A DNA stretch of 20,000 bases, taken from IMG/VR virus record IMGVR_UViG_3300037418_000344. One strand, 5' to 3'. Source of the stretch: an uncultured virus (IMG/VR IMGVR_UViG_3300037418_000344) (Duplodnaviria > Heunggongvirae > Uroviricota > Caudoviricetes). Made by a program: the position numbers and the translations under genes. This document shows, piece by piece, positions 8,771 to 16,664 of this stretch (the first letter of the stretch is position 1; every line of letters begins with the position of its first letter). The notes beneath the pieces are model-generated. The model worked only from the letters and a program-made list of their open reading frames with translations. It had not been told where the DNA came from and ran no database searches.

Positions 8771-9210
8771 AGCTCTCCTTTAATCGCTGTGAATGTGCTC
8801 TGCACGGGCGCATACACTCTACGCATGCCGGTCCACGTCCAACCGCTGATGGGGTCTTTGCCAGCAGGCCAACCAAGCGCCTCTACGCGCAGCGAGTAAT
8901 TTAGATTGTTACTCAGCGTAACGAAGCCATCCTTCTGAAAGAATGCTGTACTAGGCTTGATAATACTTTCAATTCTTGCTAAGCTGTCACCACCATCACT
9001 TGTAGCGCCTGTGATAGATGTGTCTAAGCTATTAACAGCAGGGAACCAGTTGGCAACGAAGTGGCCTGCTACATATGGGCCATCACCGACATGAGGGGAA
9101 TTGTTTACAATGCGAGTGAACAGGTTGTATGCAACAGCGTTAATCTTGAAGTTAACTTCTGTCTGCACCCGTTGGATGTTCGATCTGAGGGAATCTGCAA
9201 AACTTCCCAT
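8767..9210 (-). CDS. Tail completion/neck protein (HK97 gp10-like)
   Basis: 147 aa, with SP...G.F.ANW and LSNNLNYS...E..GW motifs. RBS GGGAGG. 4-nt ATGA overlap with the terminator gene. Confidence 0.75.
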   Translation of the reverse strand: MGSFADSLRSNIQRVQTEVNFKINAVAYNLFTRIVNNSPHVGDGPYVAGHFVANWFPAVNSLDTSITGATSDGGDSLARIESIIKPSTAFFQKDGFVTLSNNLNYSLRVEALGWPAGKDPISGWTWTGMRRVYAPVQSTFTAIKGEL

Positions 9211-9231
9211 ATACCTCCCTTACAGAAAAGA

Positions 9232-9260
9232 ATTATAGCATTGGTGCACTATCTTGTCAA
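9232..9260 (-). promoter_or_regulatory. Consensus sigma70 promoter with extended -10
   Basis: TTGACA (9260-9255), 17-nt spacer ending TGC, TATAAT (9237-9232). Intergenic, upstream of the tail completion gene. Confidence 0.85.
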
Positions 9261-9262
9261 TT

Positions 9263-9661
9263 TTACGAGGTCTTAATAACGTAAGAGCCAGAGAGCAAGC
9301 TTTGCGAATAGTTGTTTGCCCTTACAGTGACTTCATACGAGTAGAAGCCAGCAGGTAACTCGTCAAGTTTGAACGACACCATCCCCTTGATGTCAGAGTT
9401 AACTTTACCTTTCACCACAGCAAAGACATCACTGCCTTTAAAGATTGTGAGGAACAAAGCCATCCCTGTAATATCCGCAAGAATGCTTGTACCTGCATCA
9501 AAGATGGAAAATATGTCTTGCTCTATATTGTTGATACGAACAATCTGCTTTGTAGCAGCGCCGTATGGCACAGCACGAAGCTGTGCTTTAGGTTTGGCTG
9601 CAAATGTAACGTCATCTCGGCTAAGCGCTTCATTGACTACAAACACTTTGCAAGAATTCAT
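9263..9661 (-). CDS. Small beta-sandwich virion/adaptor protein of the fibre module (BppU-N-like C-terminal half)
   Basis: Likely start is ATG 9661 (MNSCKVFVV), with RBS GGAGG and a TAATG overlap with the upstream stop, rather than 9736. The C-terminus DITGMALFLTIFK...GMVSFKL..LPAGFYSYEVTV...LLSGSYVI resembles Ig-like adaptor folds. Confidence 0.55.
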   Translation of the reverse strand: MNSCKVFVVNEALSRDDVTFAAKPKAQLRAVPYGAATKQIVRINNIEQDIFSIFDAGTSILADITGMALFLTIFKGSDVFAVVKGKVNSDIKGMVSFKLDELPAGFYSYEVTVRANNYSQSLLSGSYVIKTS

Positions 9662-10311
9662 TATTCCTCCGCAATGTCGATATACACTGTACGTTCGTCC
9701 GTGCGCTGTGGTGTGGTAAGCGTTGTAATCAAGCACGCCACTGTAGCAGCGCTACCCGGAGTTCCGCCCGAGATAAATACTGTCACCTTAGTACCATCAG
9801 AAAAACTACCAACGCTACTCACACCATTTACAGTGAACGTCACATCGGAAATCGTGACAAGGCTATTGGGGTCTGCACTAATGTCCTCCAGCCATACAGA
9901 CCAATCAAACGTGATGTCAATAACAGCATCAGGGTCTTTAAGGCCACGAGGTTTTTTAGGGTCTGTGAGAGTCCACCACTTACCCCCTGTAAAAACTGGA
10001 GATGTGGCTTGAACGTTAATTGTTCTGGCTTGGCTTGGTGTAAACATGGGAATTACCTGTACTGATGTTATTTCTGCGGAAACAGAGCACTGCCCACTCA
10101 GGGTTGCTCTGAACAATACTGCACTCGACAACACCCCCGCTATAACGGAAGCTGTCGCACCCACATTGGCAGACAACTTAATTGAAGTGGTGAGAGTTGC
10201 AGATGTTGTACTGCTTGCTGACACCACACAAGAAAACGCCGCACCAGATGTCTGCGCACCGAATATCGCCCCACTGCCGCTACGCTGTGGGCTGAAAATG
10301 ACCGAAGTCAT
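9661..10311 (-). CDS. Putative fibre-adaptor protein
   Basis: 216 aa. Ser/Ala/Thr-rich N-terminal half. The C-terminal ~90 aa (KDPDAVIDITFDWSVWL...VTVFISGGTPG...V.C.ITT...RTDERTVYI) resembles the family I recall as 'phage fibre-tail adaptor'. Confidence 0.65.
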   Translation of the reverse strand: MTSVIFSPQRSGSGAIFGAQTSGAAFSCVVSASSTTSATLTTSIKLSANVGATASVIAGVLSSAVLFRATLSGQCSVSAEITSVQVIPMFTPSQARTINVQATSPVFTGGKWWTLTDPKKPRGLKDPDAVIDITFDWSVWLEDISADPNSLVTISDVTFTVNGVSSVGSFSDGTKVTVFISGGTPGSAATVACLITTLTTPQRTDERTVYIDIAEE

Positions 10312-12833
10312 GACAACACCACAGGACCGCTGAAGGCTTTCGCTGCTGGCGATTGAGTGGTCGTCCCGTCACTGTCCGTAATGTCAAGCCACCCGATGGA
10401 GCCGGAAGACAAGCTGGTGTTCACGCTGATAACCAATTGGCCGCTGCCGTCTGTGGTTGCCACAGCCCCTTGAGATGTTGGGGCGGCGAAGATGTCAGGA
10501 CGTCCTTGGTCGAAGAACGCCCATTTCAGACCTGACAGGTTAGCGCGAGGGCTTCCGGTTGAATCGGTCAGTGTGAGGGTCACGTTGCGAGCGGTCGTAG
10601 CTGCCGGGGCCGTCAGTGCGCTGCGAATTGCGCTGGCTGCCATCGGGCCGAGCCGATTCATGCTTACATTTCCATATGGGTGCAGTCCGTCGTTGCTGTT
10701 GGACGTAGTGAACCAGCCGTTAGTATCAACGTAGTAGACCCTCCCCGGTGCTGTGGTTGCGGCAATGGCCGATTGCAACTGTGTAGCGTGCGTGGCATCC
10801 TTGAATGGGCGGAATACGATGATCTTTGTAGAGGTCGGTGTTGCGGCAAGCAGCGCATTGAGCACAGTCGTGGCCGTACTGGTAATGTCGACTGAATCGT
10901 TTGTTCCGTGATTGATTGCAATGAAATCTGGAGCTGTGGCGAAAGATCGCGAAACACCCGAGTAAAGCAAATTGTACGCATCCGAGAACGCGGGCACACC
11001 AGCACTACCTGCGTTTGTCCAGCCTTGCGAGCCGAAACCGACAATACCCGTCTCGGCACCCAGCAACAGCCCAGCTTGATATGCCCACGCAATGCGGGAG
11101 TTGGCGCGATCCATGTCGTTCGTGTACGAACCGTCCATCGTGCGGACGCCCTCGGTGATGCTGTCGCCGAAGAACAGGCCGCGTGTCGGTTTGGCTGTCA
11201 TCGCAGTGATGGTCGACCCTGCATCGAGAACGATACCAGTAAGGACGATTGCAGCCGCCTGTGGAGACCAACGGTTACCATTCAGGTAGGAGCTTTTGAA
11301 AACAACTTCAAGAACGTGACCGCCTTTGGTATTCCAAGCTGAGGTTGTGCTGGGTACGGGGATGGTGACGCTTGCGGCGATATTGACCGTCGTCCAGCCG
11401 CCCACGCCATCCACGAGATAGGAGATTTGCGGAACCGGCGACGTAATATTCGTCATGTCAAAGTTCAGTACGCACGTCGATCCCGTGAAAAGCGTTTTGA
11501 AGTAGGCTCCGGGGTTGATGGTTGTTGCGCTGCTTGCACCGACATTCCAGTTGTAGGGCGAGAACAGCACGTTGCCCGTACCATTTGTCAGAACGTTGGT
11601 AGTGGTTGCTGCCACGTTGTTTGTCACGGTGGACGGGCCAAAGCTGACGGTTGGGTTTCCTGCTGCGTCCTGCAATCGTGGGTTTGTTCCCGGTTGCGTG
11701 TAGGTGACAGTGATGGCATCACCGTATGCATATGGCGAACTCACTGTCAGGGCGATGGTTTGACCAGAAGGTGTGCCAACCGCAGTAACGGTACGCCCTC
11801 CTGACACGGCGAAGGCCGAAGCGGGCGGCGTGCTTGCTGCTAGTACTTCACCGAACGTCAGTGTGATGGTCGAAGGGGTTGCATTCGCAACGACTGCACT
11901 TACGAAAGCTGGGGGCGTTGTATCAGATGCGGACGCAACATAAGAGATGCTGCTAGGGTTCGACAGACTTCCGTTGTTCGTGACGCTGATGGTGTACGTT
12001 CCTGCCGATGCTGGCGACGTATAAGTGAATGTCGCTGTAGCCGATGCACTACTAATTTGGACACTCGTTGGGGAGAACGTACCCCCTGCCCCACCGTCGC
12101 TAGGTGTGACTGTGACGGTTCCTGTGATGGCGCCATCTGCGCCGACAGTGAATGGACTAGACTGCGCCCCAGCCGTTCCCGATGTTGGGCCACTCAGCGT
12201 TACTGCGGTTGCTGCCGATTGCACAGCGCCGTCATCCAAGCTGAAATCGTCAACAGCCGTGCCTACCGAGCCTGCACCCGTGCGGAACAAACCGACGTAA
12301 CCGCTAGTGTATGCTGTATCGGTGAAAGATGCCGTGGCGGCGGTAGGCTTCGTATCTACAGAACGCCAGATGCGGATTTCATGCGTGCTGCCGCTGGAAA
12401 TGCATTCGACGTTTAGGATGTCTCCAGCGACGAATGTCGTGGACATCGTGGCGCCAACCTGAGGTGCTGGAAAAGTCCCGCTGGTACGCTTGTAGAATCG
12501 TGGTGTCAGTTTTCCTGCGGTGTAGTTGAAGTCCAGCAACCAGACATAACCATTCTGGTACGCGGAATCCATTCGCAGAATAGGAGAATAGTGGCCTTGG
12601 TTGCTAGATCCCGAAGGTAGCTTTTGGCTGAACTGCACTTTCGTGTACGTCAGAGACGCCGAATTGGTGTACAGGGCTGTGTTCTGGTCAACTGCTGTGG
12701 TCGATCCGAATGACTGTGCGCCAGAAATCGGGTTGCTCGTCCCTACAGCCCATGTACCAACCTTAGCTGTCCACCCGGTTGCAATGTTACCAGATGACTC
12801 AGAATCAAAATTGCTTGAATAAATTACTGTCAT
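10308..12833 (-). CDS. Multidomain fibre/appendage protein with an SGNH (GDSL) hydrolase domain
   Basis: 841 aa, RBS GGAG. N-terminal lectin-like beta-sandwich, an Ig-like domain, and a SwmB-like repeat (DTTPPAFVSA...ITLTFGE.L...ITVTYTQP...LQDAAGN). SGNH blocks FGDSITEG, GFGSQG, NHGTND and DGLHP are all present. A separate ~95-aa beta domain ends the protein. Confidence 0.85.
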   Translation of the reverse strand: MTVIYSSNFDSESSGNIATGWTAKVGTWAVGTSNPISGAQSFGSTTAVDQNTALYTNSASLTYTKVQFSQKLPSGSSNQGHYSPILRMDSAYQNGYVWLLDFNYTAGKLTPRFYKRTSGTFPAPQVGATMSTTFVAGDILNVECISSGSTHEIRIWRSVDTKPTAATASFTDTAYTSGYVGLFRTGAGSVGTAVDDFSLDDGAVQSAATAVTLSGPTSGTAGAQSSPFTVGADGAITGTVTVTPSDGGAGGTFSPTSVQISSASATATFTYTSPASAGTYTISVTNNGSLSNPSSISYVASASDTTPPAFVSAVVANATPSTITLTFGEVLAASTPPASAFAVSGGRTVTAVGTPSGQTIALTVSSPYAYGDAITVTYTQPGTNPRLQDAAGNPTVSFGPSTVTNNVAATTTNVLTNGTGNVLFSPYNWNVGASSATTINPGAYFKTLFTGSTCVLNFDMTNITSPVPQISYLVDGVGGWTTVNIAASVTIPVPSTTSAWNTKGGHVLEVVFKSSYLNGNRWSPQAAAIVLTGIVLDAGSTITAMTAKPTRGLFFGDSITEGVRTMDGSYTNDMDRANSRIAWAYQAGLLLGAETGIVGFGSQGWTNAGSAGVPAFSDAYNLLYSGVSRSFATAPDFIAINHGTNDSVDITSTATTVLNALLAATPTSTKIIVFRPFKDATHATQLQSAIAATTAPGRVYYVDTNGWFTTSNSNDGLHPYGNVSMNRLGPMAASAIRSALTAPAATTARNVTLTLTDSTGSPRANLSGLKWAFFDQGRPDIFAAPTSQGAVATTDGSGQLVISVNTSLSSGSIGWLDITDSDGTTTQSPAAKAFSGPVVLS

Positions 12834-12857
12834 TGTAGCTCCAGAGAATGAACTAAA

Positions 12858-13301
12858 TTAGTTATCAACCTGAATCGACAACGCAGCAGCAGCAAAACTT
12901 GGAGCCGGATCACCACTATTAACAGTCTTAGGTGTCGACAGAGTGCCATACACCCACTCATTGCCACCTGTAGCAGCATCAAAAAGACCCATACCAACAA
13001 TCGATCCCCAGCTAGCAGTAGGTGCTGCGAAAGTGATTGCATTATTATTCGATGTTGTGCCGCTTGTGCCGTTAGATGCAACTGTGGTGCCAGCACCTTG
13101 AGTTCCAGCCCAATTAGCAAGCGAAGATGTCACTGCAACACGAGCGTACGAACCACCACTTACTTCTACACGAGCAGACCCTGCGTCATTATCCGCAGTA
13201 GTAAATAACCCTACGTAAAACGTAGCAGGAGCGTTGAGAGGTTGACCACGGAACACCGCGTCAACAATTTTATTTTCAGCGTAATCTGTCCAAGCAGCCA
13301 T
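12858..13301 (-). CDS. Small phage fibre-associated structural protein
   Basis: 147 aa. YAENKIVD...YVGLFT...EVSGGSYARVAV...ITFAAPTASWGSIVGMGLFDAATGGN...L.TPKTV.SGD is a widespread phage structural motif. RBS AAAGGA. Confidence 0.75.
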   Translation of the reverse strand: MAAWTDYAENKIVDAVFRGQPLNAPATFYVGLFTTADNDAGSARVEVSGGSYARVAVTSSLANWAGTQGAGTTVASNGTSGTTSNNNAITFAAPTASWGSIVGMGLFDAATGGNEWVYGTLSTPKTVNSGDPAPSFAAAALSIQVDN

Positions 13302-13323
13302 TTTAGTCCTTTAAATTGTTGTA

Positions 13324-13719
13324 TTATTCACGAACATACAGTTCGTACAGAATGCATGAGTCTTGTAAGAGCGACGGATTAAGCTGTTTTACAGTAACAA
13401 TCTTGTATTGCTTATCACCAATCTTTAGCAAGTCCCTGTTTGCATTGAGGTGAGGTAGAGCTAATCCAACTTCTGTTTTTTGCGGAGGTTGCACATAGAC
13501 CTGCTTGTCGCCAGTTTTAACTAGCGTGTCTTTTTCAGTGCCTTCGCCCTCATTCTTGCGGACGTAATCAAACGCCATAATGTTGACTAAGTAGTCTTGG
13601 TAAGACGCGGTGTTCTCGGATGTAGAGGGATCGTACTCTTCGGAGACGGCCACGCTGATGTAAGCTGTGGTGCCGAACTTAGCCATCATTGACGCTACTG
13701 TGCGGTCGAAGGAATTCAT
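13324..13719 (-). CDS. Head closure / head-tail joining protein
   Basis: 131 aa, with FG......EYDPSTS...LVKTGDKQVY...KIVTVKQLNP...LYELYVR. Follows the adaptor with a TAATG overlap. Confidence 0.75.
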   Translation of the reverse strand: MNSFDRTVASMMAKFGTTAYISVAVSEEYDPSTSENTASYQDYLVNIMAFDYVRKNEGEGTEKDTLVKTGDKQVYVQPPQKTEVGLALPHLNANRDLLKIGDKQYKIVTVKQLNPSLLQDSCILYELYVRE

Positions 13720-14177
13720 TATTGGGGCTCCACGCCACCGTTAGCAACAGGACCACTGTAAGGGTCAAAAGGGCCGGCAGCAATTTGATGCAAACGTTCG
13801 TCAGATGTCGGGCGATTCTGTGCGTTAGTGAAGTCTTCTTTGAATTGCAAGATAGGATGAAGTTCATCTGCACCTGCAACATATGGCAGAGGGCAAACGC
13901 CGTTGAAAGCGGGGTCTCTTAGGACTAAAAGCAGATAGTCTTTGTACTGGTTGTAGACCTGACTCCCATAAGATGTAATAATACCCATCTTAGCGTCAGA
14001 GTCGAAACTGAGTGTAGCAAGGATATATTGCCCACACAGAGCACGTGCAGCTTTAAAATTGTTGTTGTACTTGTCAAGGGCACTTTGGTAGATGTCATCG
14101 TTCAATACGGGCAAATCCCTCCAATCGCCGAGTGCCAACCTAAGTTGCCCTATTAGTGTGGACGGATCAATTAACAT
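13719..14177 (-). CDS. Head-tail adaptor (connector) protein
   Basis: 152 aa, helical, N-terminal IGQLRLALGD motif. First structural gene after the capsid gene. RBS GAGGA. Confidence 0.7.
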   Translation of the reverse strand: MLIDPSTLIGQLRLALGDWRDLPVLNDDIYQSALDKYNNNFKAARALCGQYILATLSFDSDAKMGIITSYGSQVYNQYKDYLLLVLRDPAFNGVCPLPYVAGADELHPILQFKEDFTNAQNRPTSDERLHQIAAGPFDPYSGPVANGGVEPQ

Positions 14178-15100
14178 AGTTCTTCCTCAATAAGTTCTCT
14201 AACACGATTAATTATTCCTTCTCTATCCACACCGTAGAAGCATTTCGTGCTTCCGTCAAACTTCACAGTTAAAGAGTTGTAATGTTCACACATCTCCTCT
14301 AAAATAACTCTTTCAAGAGTCTGCGCCATACAACCTTGTTCAAACCGCCAATACAATACCAGTTCAAAATGCAAACCTGCTGATTTAGATATTTCAGAAA
14401 TCCTAGTAATAACATCCCTATTTGTGATTCCAATTTTAGTGATGTCGTCACAACAAGAAATATAAAGATACCCTGCCTTATTCGGGTTGTATCCACAAGA
14501 TATACAGGATGGACAACCAGAACCACTATAGTGATTGTATGGCACTTGCCAAAATAGGCCGTGTTCTTTGCACTCAATCTTTATAGGCACTTCGCAGCCT
14601 TTATAGATAGCGTGGTCGTAGTTATACTTTTCCCCGTGAACCTGTGCTGCACGCATTTTAAAATGCTCTAAATCTGCTGTCCGCATCTTTGACATCAAAT
14701 CATCCGCACACTTCCTACAGCCTTTACCAGATAAGTGGCAATTTGGTGTCATACTGATCTTACCATGTTGCTTACAAATTATGTCTACTTTGACAGAAGA
14801 TTTCTCATATTCCACCACAGAGTAGTCAAACCTATCTCCGTGCAAAGAAACTGCCTTGCGGATAAAAGCTTCGGTGTTACTTCTGCTGCCCTTACCGATG
14901 GATTCGTCTGCGCATTTCCTGCAACCACAACCTTTTAAAAGATTGCCCGGAAGTACCCACGACACACCATGCTTCTTACAGGAGACTTCTACCTTGACGG
15001 AAGAACCCTTGTAGTCTATCCTTGACAAATCCCATACAGGATTTACCTTTTGACGGAGTTTGATTAAAAACTCTTCCGGTGTACTGTAACGCCTTCCCAT
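14171..15100 (-). CDS. Free-standing putative homing endonuclease: three zinc-ribbon (DUF723-like) repeats plus a GIY-YIG/T5orf172-like domain
   Basis: Same architecture as 6773..7744 (C..HG...GC..C x3; GYLYI...KIGITNRD...R...E...FDGSTKCF). Likely start is ATG 15100 with RBS AAGGAG; the ORF track uses 15115. Confidence 0.85.
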   Translation of the reverse strand: MGRRYSTPEEFLIKLRQKVNPVWDLSRIDYKGSSVKVEVSCKKHGVSWVLPGNLLKGCGCRKCADESIGKGSRSNTEAFIRKAVSLHGDRFDYSVVEYEKSSVKVDIICKQHGKISMTPNCHLSGKGCRKCADDLMSKMRTADLEHFKMRAAQVHGEKYNYDHAIYKGCEVPIKIECKEHGLFWQVPYNHYSGSGCPSCISCGYNPNKAGYLYISCCDDITKIGITNRDVITRISEISKSAGLHFELVLYWRFEQGCMAQTLERVILEEMCEHYNSLTVKFDGSTKCFYGVDREGIINRVRELIEEELC

Positions 15101-15103
15101 AAA

Positions 15104-15165
15104 TCTCCTTAACATAAGAACCTCAACGTTTTATTATCTCACGAGAAGTTCTTATAGTCAAGAGA
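15104..15165 (-). promoter_or_regulatory. RBS-sequestering hairpin containing a sigma70 promoter
   Basis: TTGACT (15161-15156), 17 nt, then TG-A-GATAAT (-10 at 15138-15133). Arms TCTCTTGACTATAAGAACTTC and GAGGTTCTTATGTTAAGGAGA form ~20 bp with two single-nt bulges, covering AAGGAG. Confidence 0.8.
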
Positions 15166-15169
15166 CTAA

Positions 15170-15187
15170 AGCCCTCCGAAGAGGGCT
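15170..15187 (-). terminator. Intrinsic terminator-like hairpin after the major capsid gene
   Basis: AGCCCTC-TTCG-GAGGGCT (cUUCGg loop), followed by TTAGTCTCTT, 7 nt after the stop codon. Confidence 0.7.
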
Positions 15188-15194
15188 AAGAATC

Positions 15195-16247
15195 TTAGTT
15201 GCTCGACGAGACAGCCCACAGGGACGCAGGCCGAGTACAAAACATAAGAGGTGCAGCTTCAAGTTCAAACTCGACAAACTCGTCGCGCGGATCGACGTAC
15301 GAACGCACGAACAGTTCTTGACCCGGCTGATTAGCTTCCGACAGTTTTGCAGACGGGCCGTTATAGCCACGGAACAGGTCTTTCACGCCGTCAGCGTAGG
15401 CGATGCCGGTCGAATCAGCGAAAGCCACTTCCGTCGTGCCGTTCGGCAGATTGAAGGTTGCGTCGTACGACACGAACGTGATGCCACGGTGGGTGAAGTG
15501 ATCCATGATGCCCCACTTCATGTATTCCGTCGTATCATCACGCAGCGCTTGGTTGCCAGCACCGTTAGCCATGTAAAACTGATAAGCAGCTTTCATGTTC
15601 GGATGCGAAATCAGTTTGTCGAAAAACACCGGATCGACCAGCACTTTAACACCACCAATTGCGCCACCATTCATAACACTCTTAGCAATACCAGATTTCA
15701 GCAGACGAATCTTCTGGTCAACGTTCGTGGTCGAAGTTCCGAGAACAAAGTCAACCGAGCTTTGGGCGATGCTGAATTGCGAGAACATGTCTGCCATCAC
15801 AGTGCCGTCCGGCGACTTGGTAACACCTTTCAGAGCTTGCAGGCGCATGTATTCCATCGTCTGGTCCCAAGCAAGGCGCAGGTCAGCCATCTTTTCAGCC
15901 GTGACACGACCGTACGTTTCGTTGTCGGTCGAACCCGGTTGACGCCAGCCTTGGATGTCCTCGTTGGTGATTCGATCAGCAGCTTTGAAATAAGCCAGCG
16001 GCAGCGAGAAGGTATCAACCTTACGCTCATGGCCTTGAACAGCAGCGTGAGCGCCGCGATTCACTTGAGGCATCAGCGTGACAGTTTGATAGTCCTTGTC
16101 AAAGATGATCGCCGTTTGATTGGTCGATTTCGTATTGAACAGGTTTTGGCTGTTGATGTAGCCGTATTGCAGCGGGGTTTGGGTAATGCCGTCAACGAAA
16201 TCGGCATTTTTGAAACTATTGAAATAGTCGCGAATAGTCATGCTCAT
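15195..16247 (-). CDS. Major capsid protein (lambda gpE-like family)
   Basis: 350 aa, with T.EYMRLQALKG...DMFSQF...FFDKLISHP...PLMFCTRPA. Follows the protease, scaffold and decoration genes and shows strong C/G-ending codon bias. Confidence 0.92.
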   Translation of the reverse strand: MSMTIRDYFNSFKNADFVDGITQTPLQYGYINSQNLFNTKSTNQTAIIFDKDYQTVTLMPQVNRGAHAAVQGHERKVDTFSLPLAYFKAADRITNEDIQGWRQPGSTDNETYGRVTAEKMADLRLAWDQTMEYMRLQALKGVTKSPDGTVMADMFSQFSIAQSSVDFVLGTSTTNVDQKIRLLKSGIAKSVMNGGAIGGVKVLVDPVFFDKLISHPNMKAAYQFYMANGAGNQALRDDTTEYMKWGIMDHFTHRGITFVSYDATFNLPNGTTEVAFADSTGIAYADGVKDLFRGYNGPSAKLSEANQPGQELFVRSYVDPRDEFVEFELEAAPLMFCTRPASLWAVSSSN

Positions 16248-16266
16248 TGCAAGGTTCCTTTAATTA

Positions 16267-16662
16267 TTAAACTTGGGTACGGACGTGGATGTTCTTAGCG
16301 CGCAGAGCATTTTGAACGATGGTTTGATTGCCCGATGTGACGGTATCTTTGTACAGCAGACCTTTGTCGGTAACACCTGCATGGCCTTTGTACAGAACCA
16401 CCAGTTGATAGTCGCCAGCAGCCAGCGACGGAACGTCCAGAGTCGATTCGATCAGAACAGCAACATCAGCATTCAGAGTTGCAACGTCAGCATTAGCAAC
16501 CCATTTATATTTGCTCGTACCGTCAAATTGCAGGACAGCGCCGATATCCATGCCAGCAGCCACAGTGACCGTGACAACTTTGCGGCAGACGCCATATTCC
16601 GGCATTTCTTCAAATGCCAGTACGCCCGACAGCTTATTACTACGCGAAGCAAGCTTTGCCAT
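16267..16662 (-). CDS. Head decoration protein
   Basis: 131 aa, beta-rich, between scaffold and MCP (lambda gpD position). RBS AAAGGA. Confidence 0.75.
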   Translation of the reverse strand: MAKLASRSNKLSGVLAFEEMPEYGVCRKVVTVTVAAGMDIGAVLQFDGTSKYKWVANADVATLNADVAVLIESTLDVPSLAAGDYQLVVLYKGHAGVTDKGLLYKDTVTSGNQTIVQNALRAKNIHVRTQV

Positions 16663-16664
16663 AA

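Noticed and set aside
9662..9736. ORF-track start at 9736 for the 9263 gene
   Set aside because: Overlaps the upstream gene by 76 nt. ATG 9661 has GGAGG and a TAATG coupling overlap.
12830..13120. Alternate-frame minus-strand ORF overlapping the 147-aa fibre gene (possible frameshift product)
   Set aside because: No slippery site identified, non-protein-like composition, and it stops at the start of the next gene rather than fusing with it.
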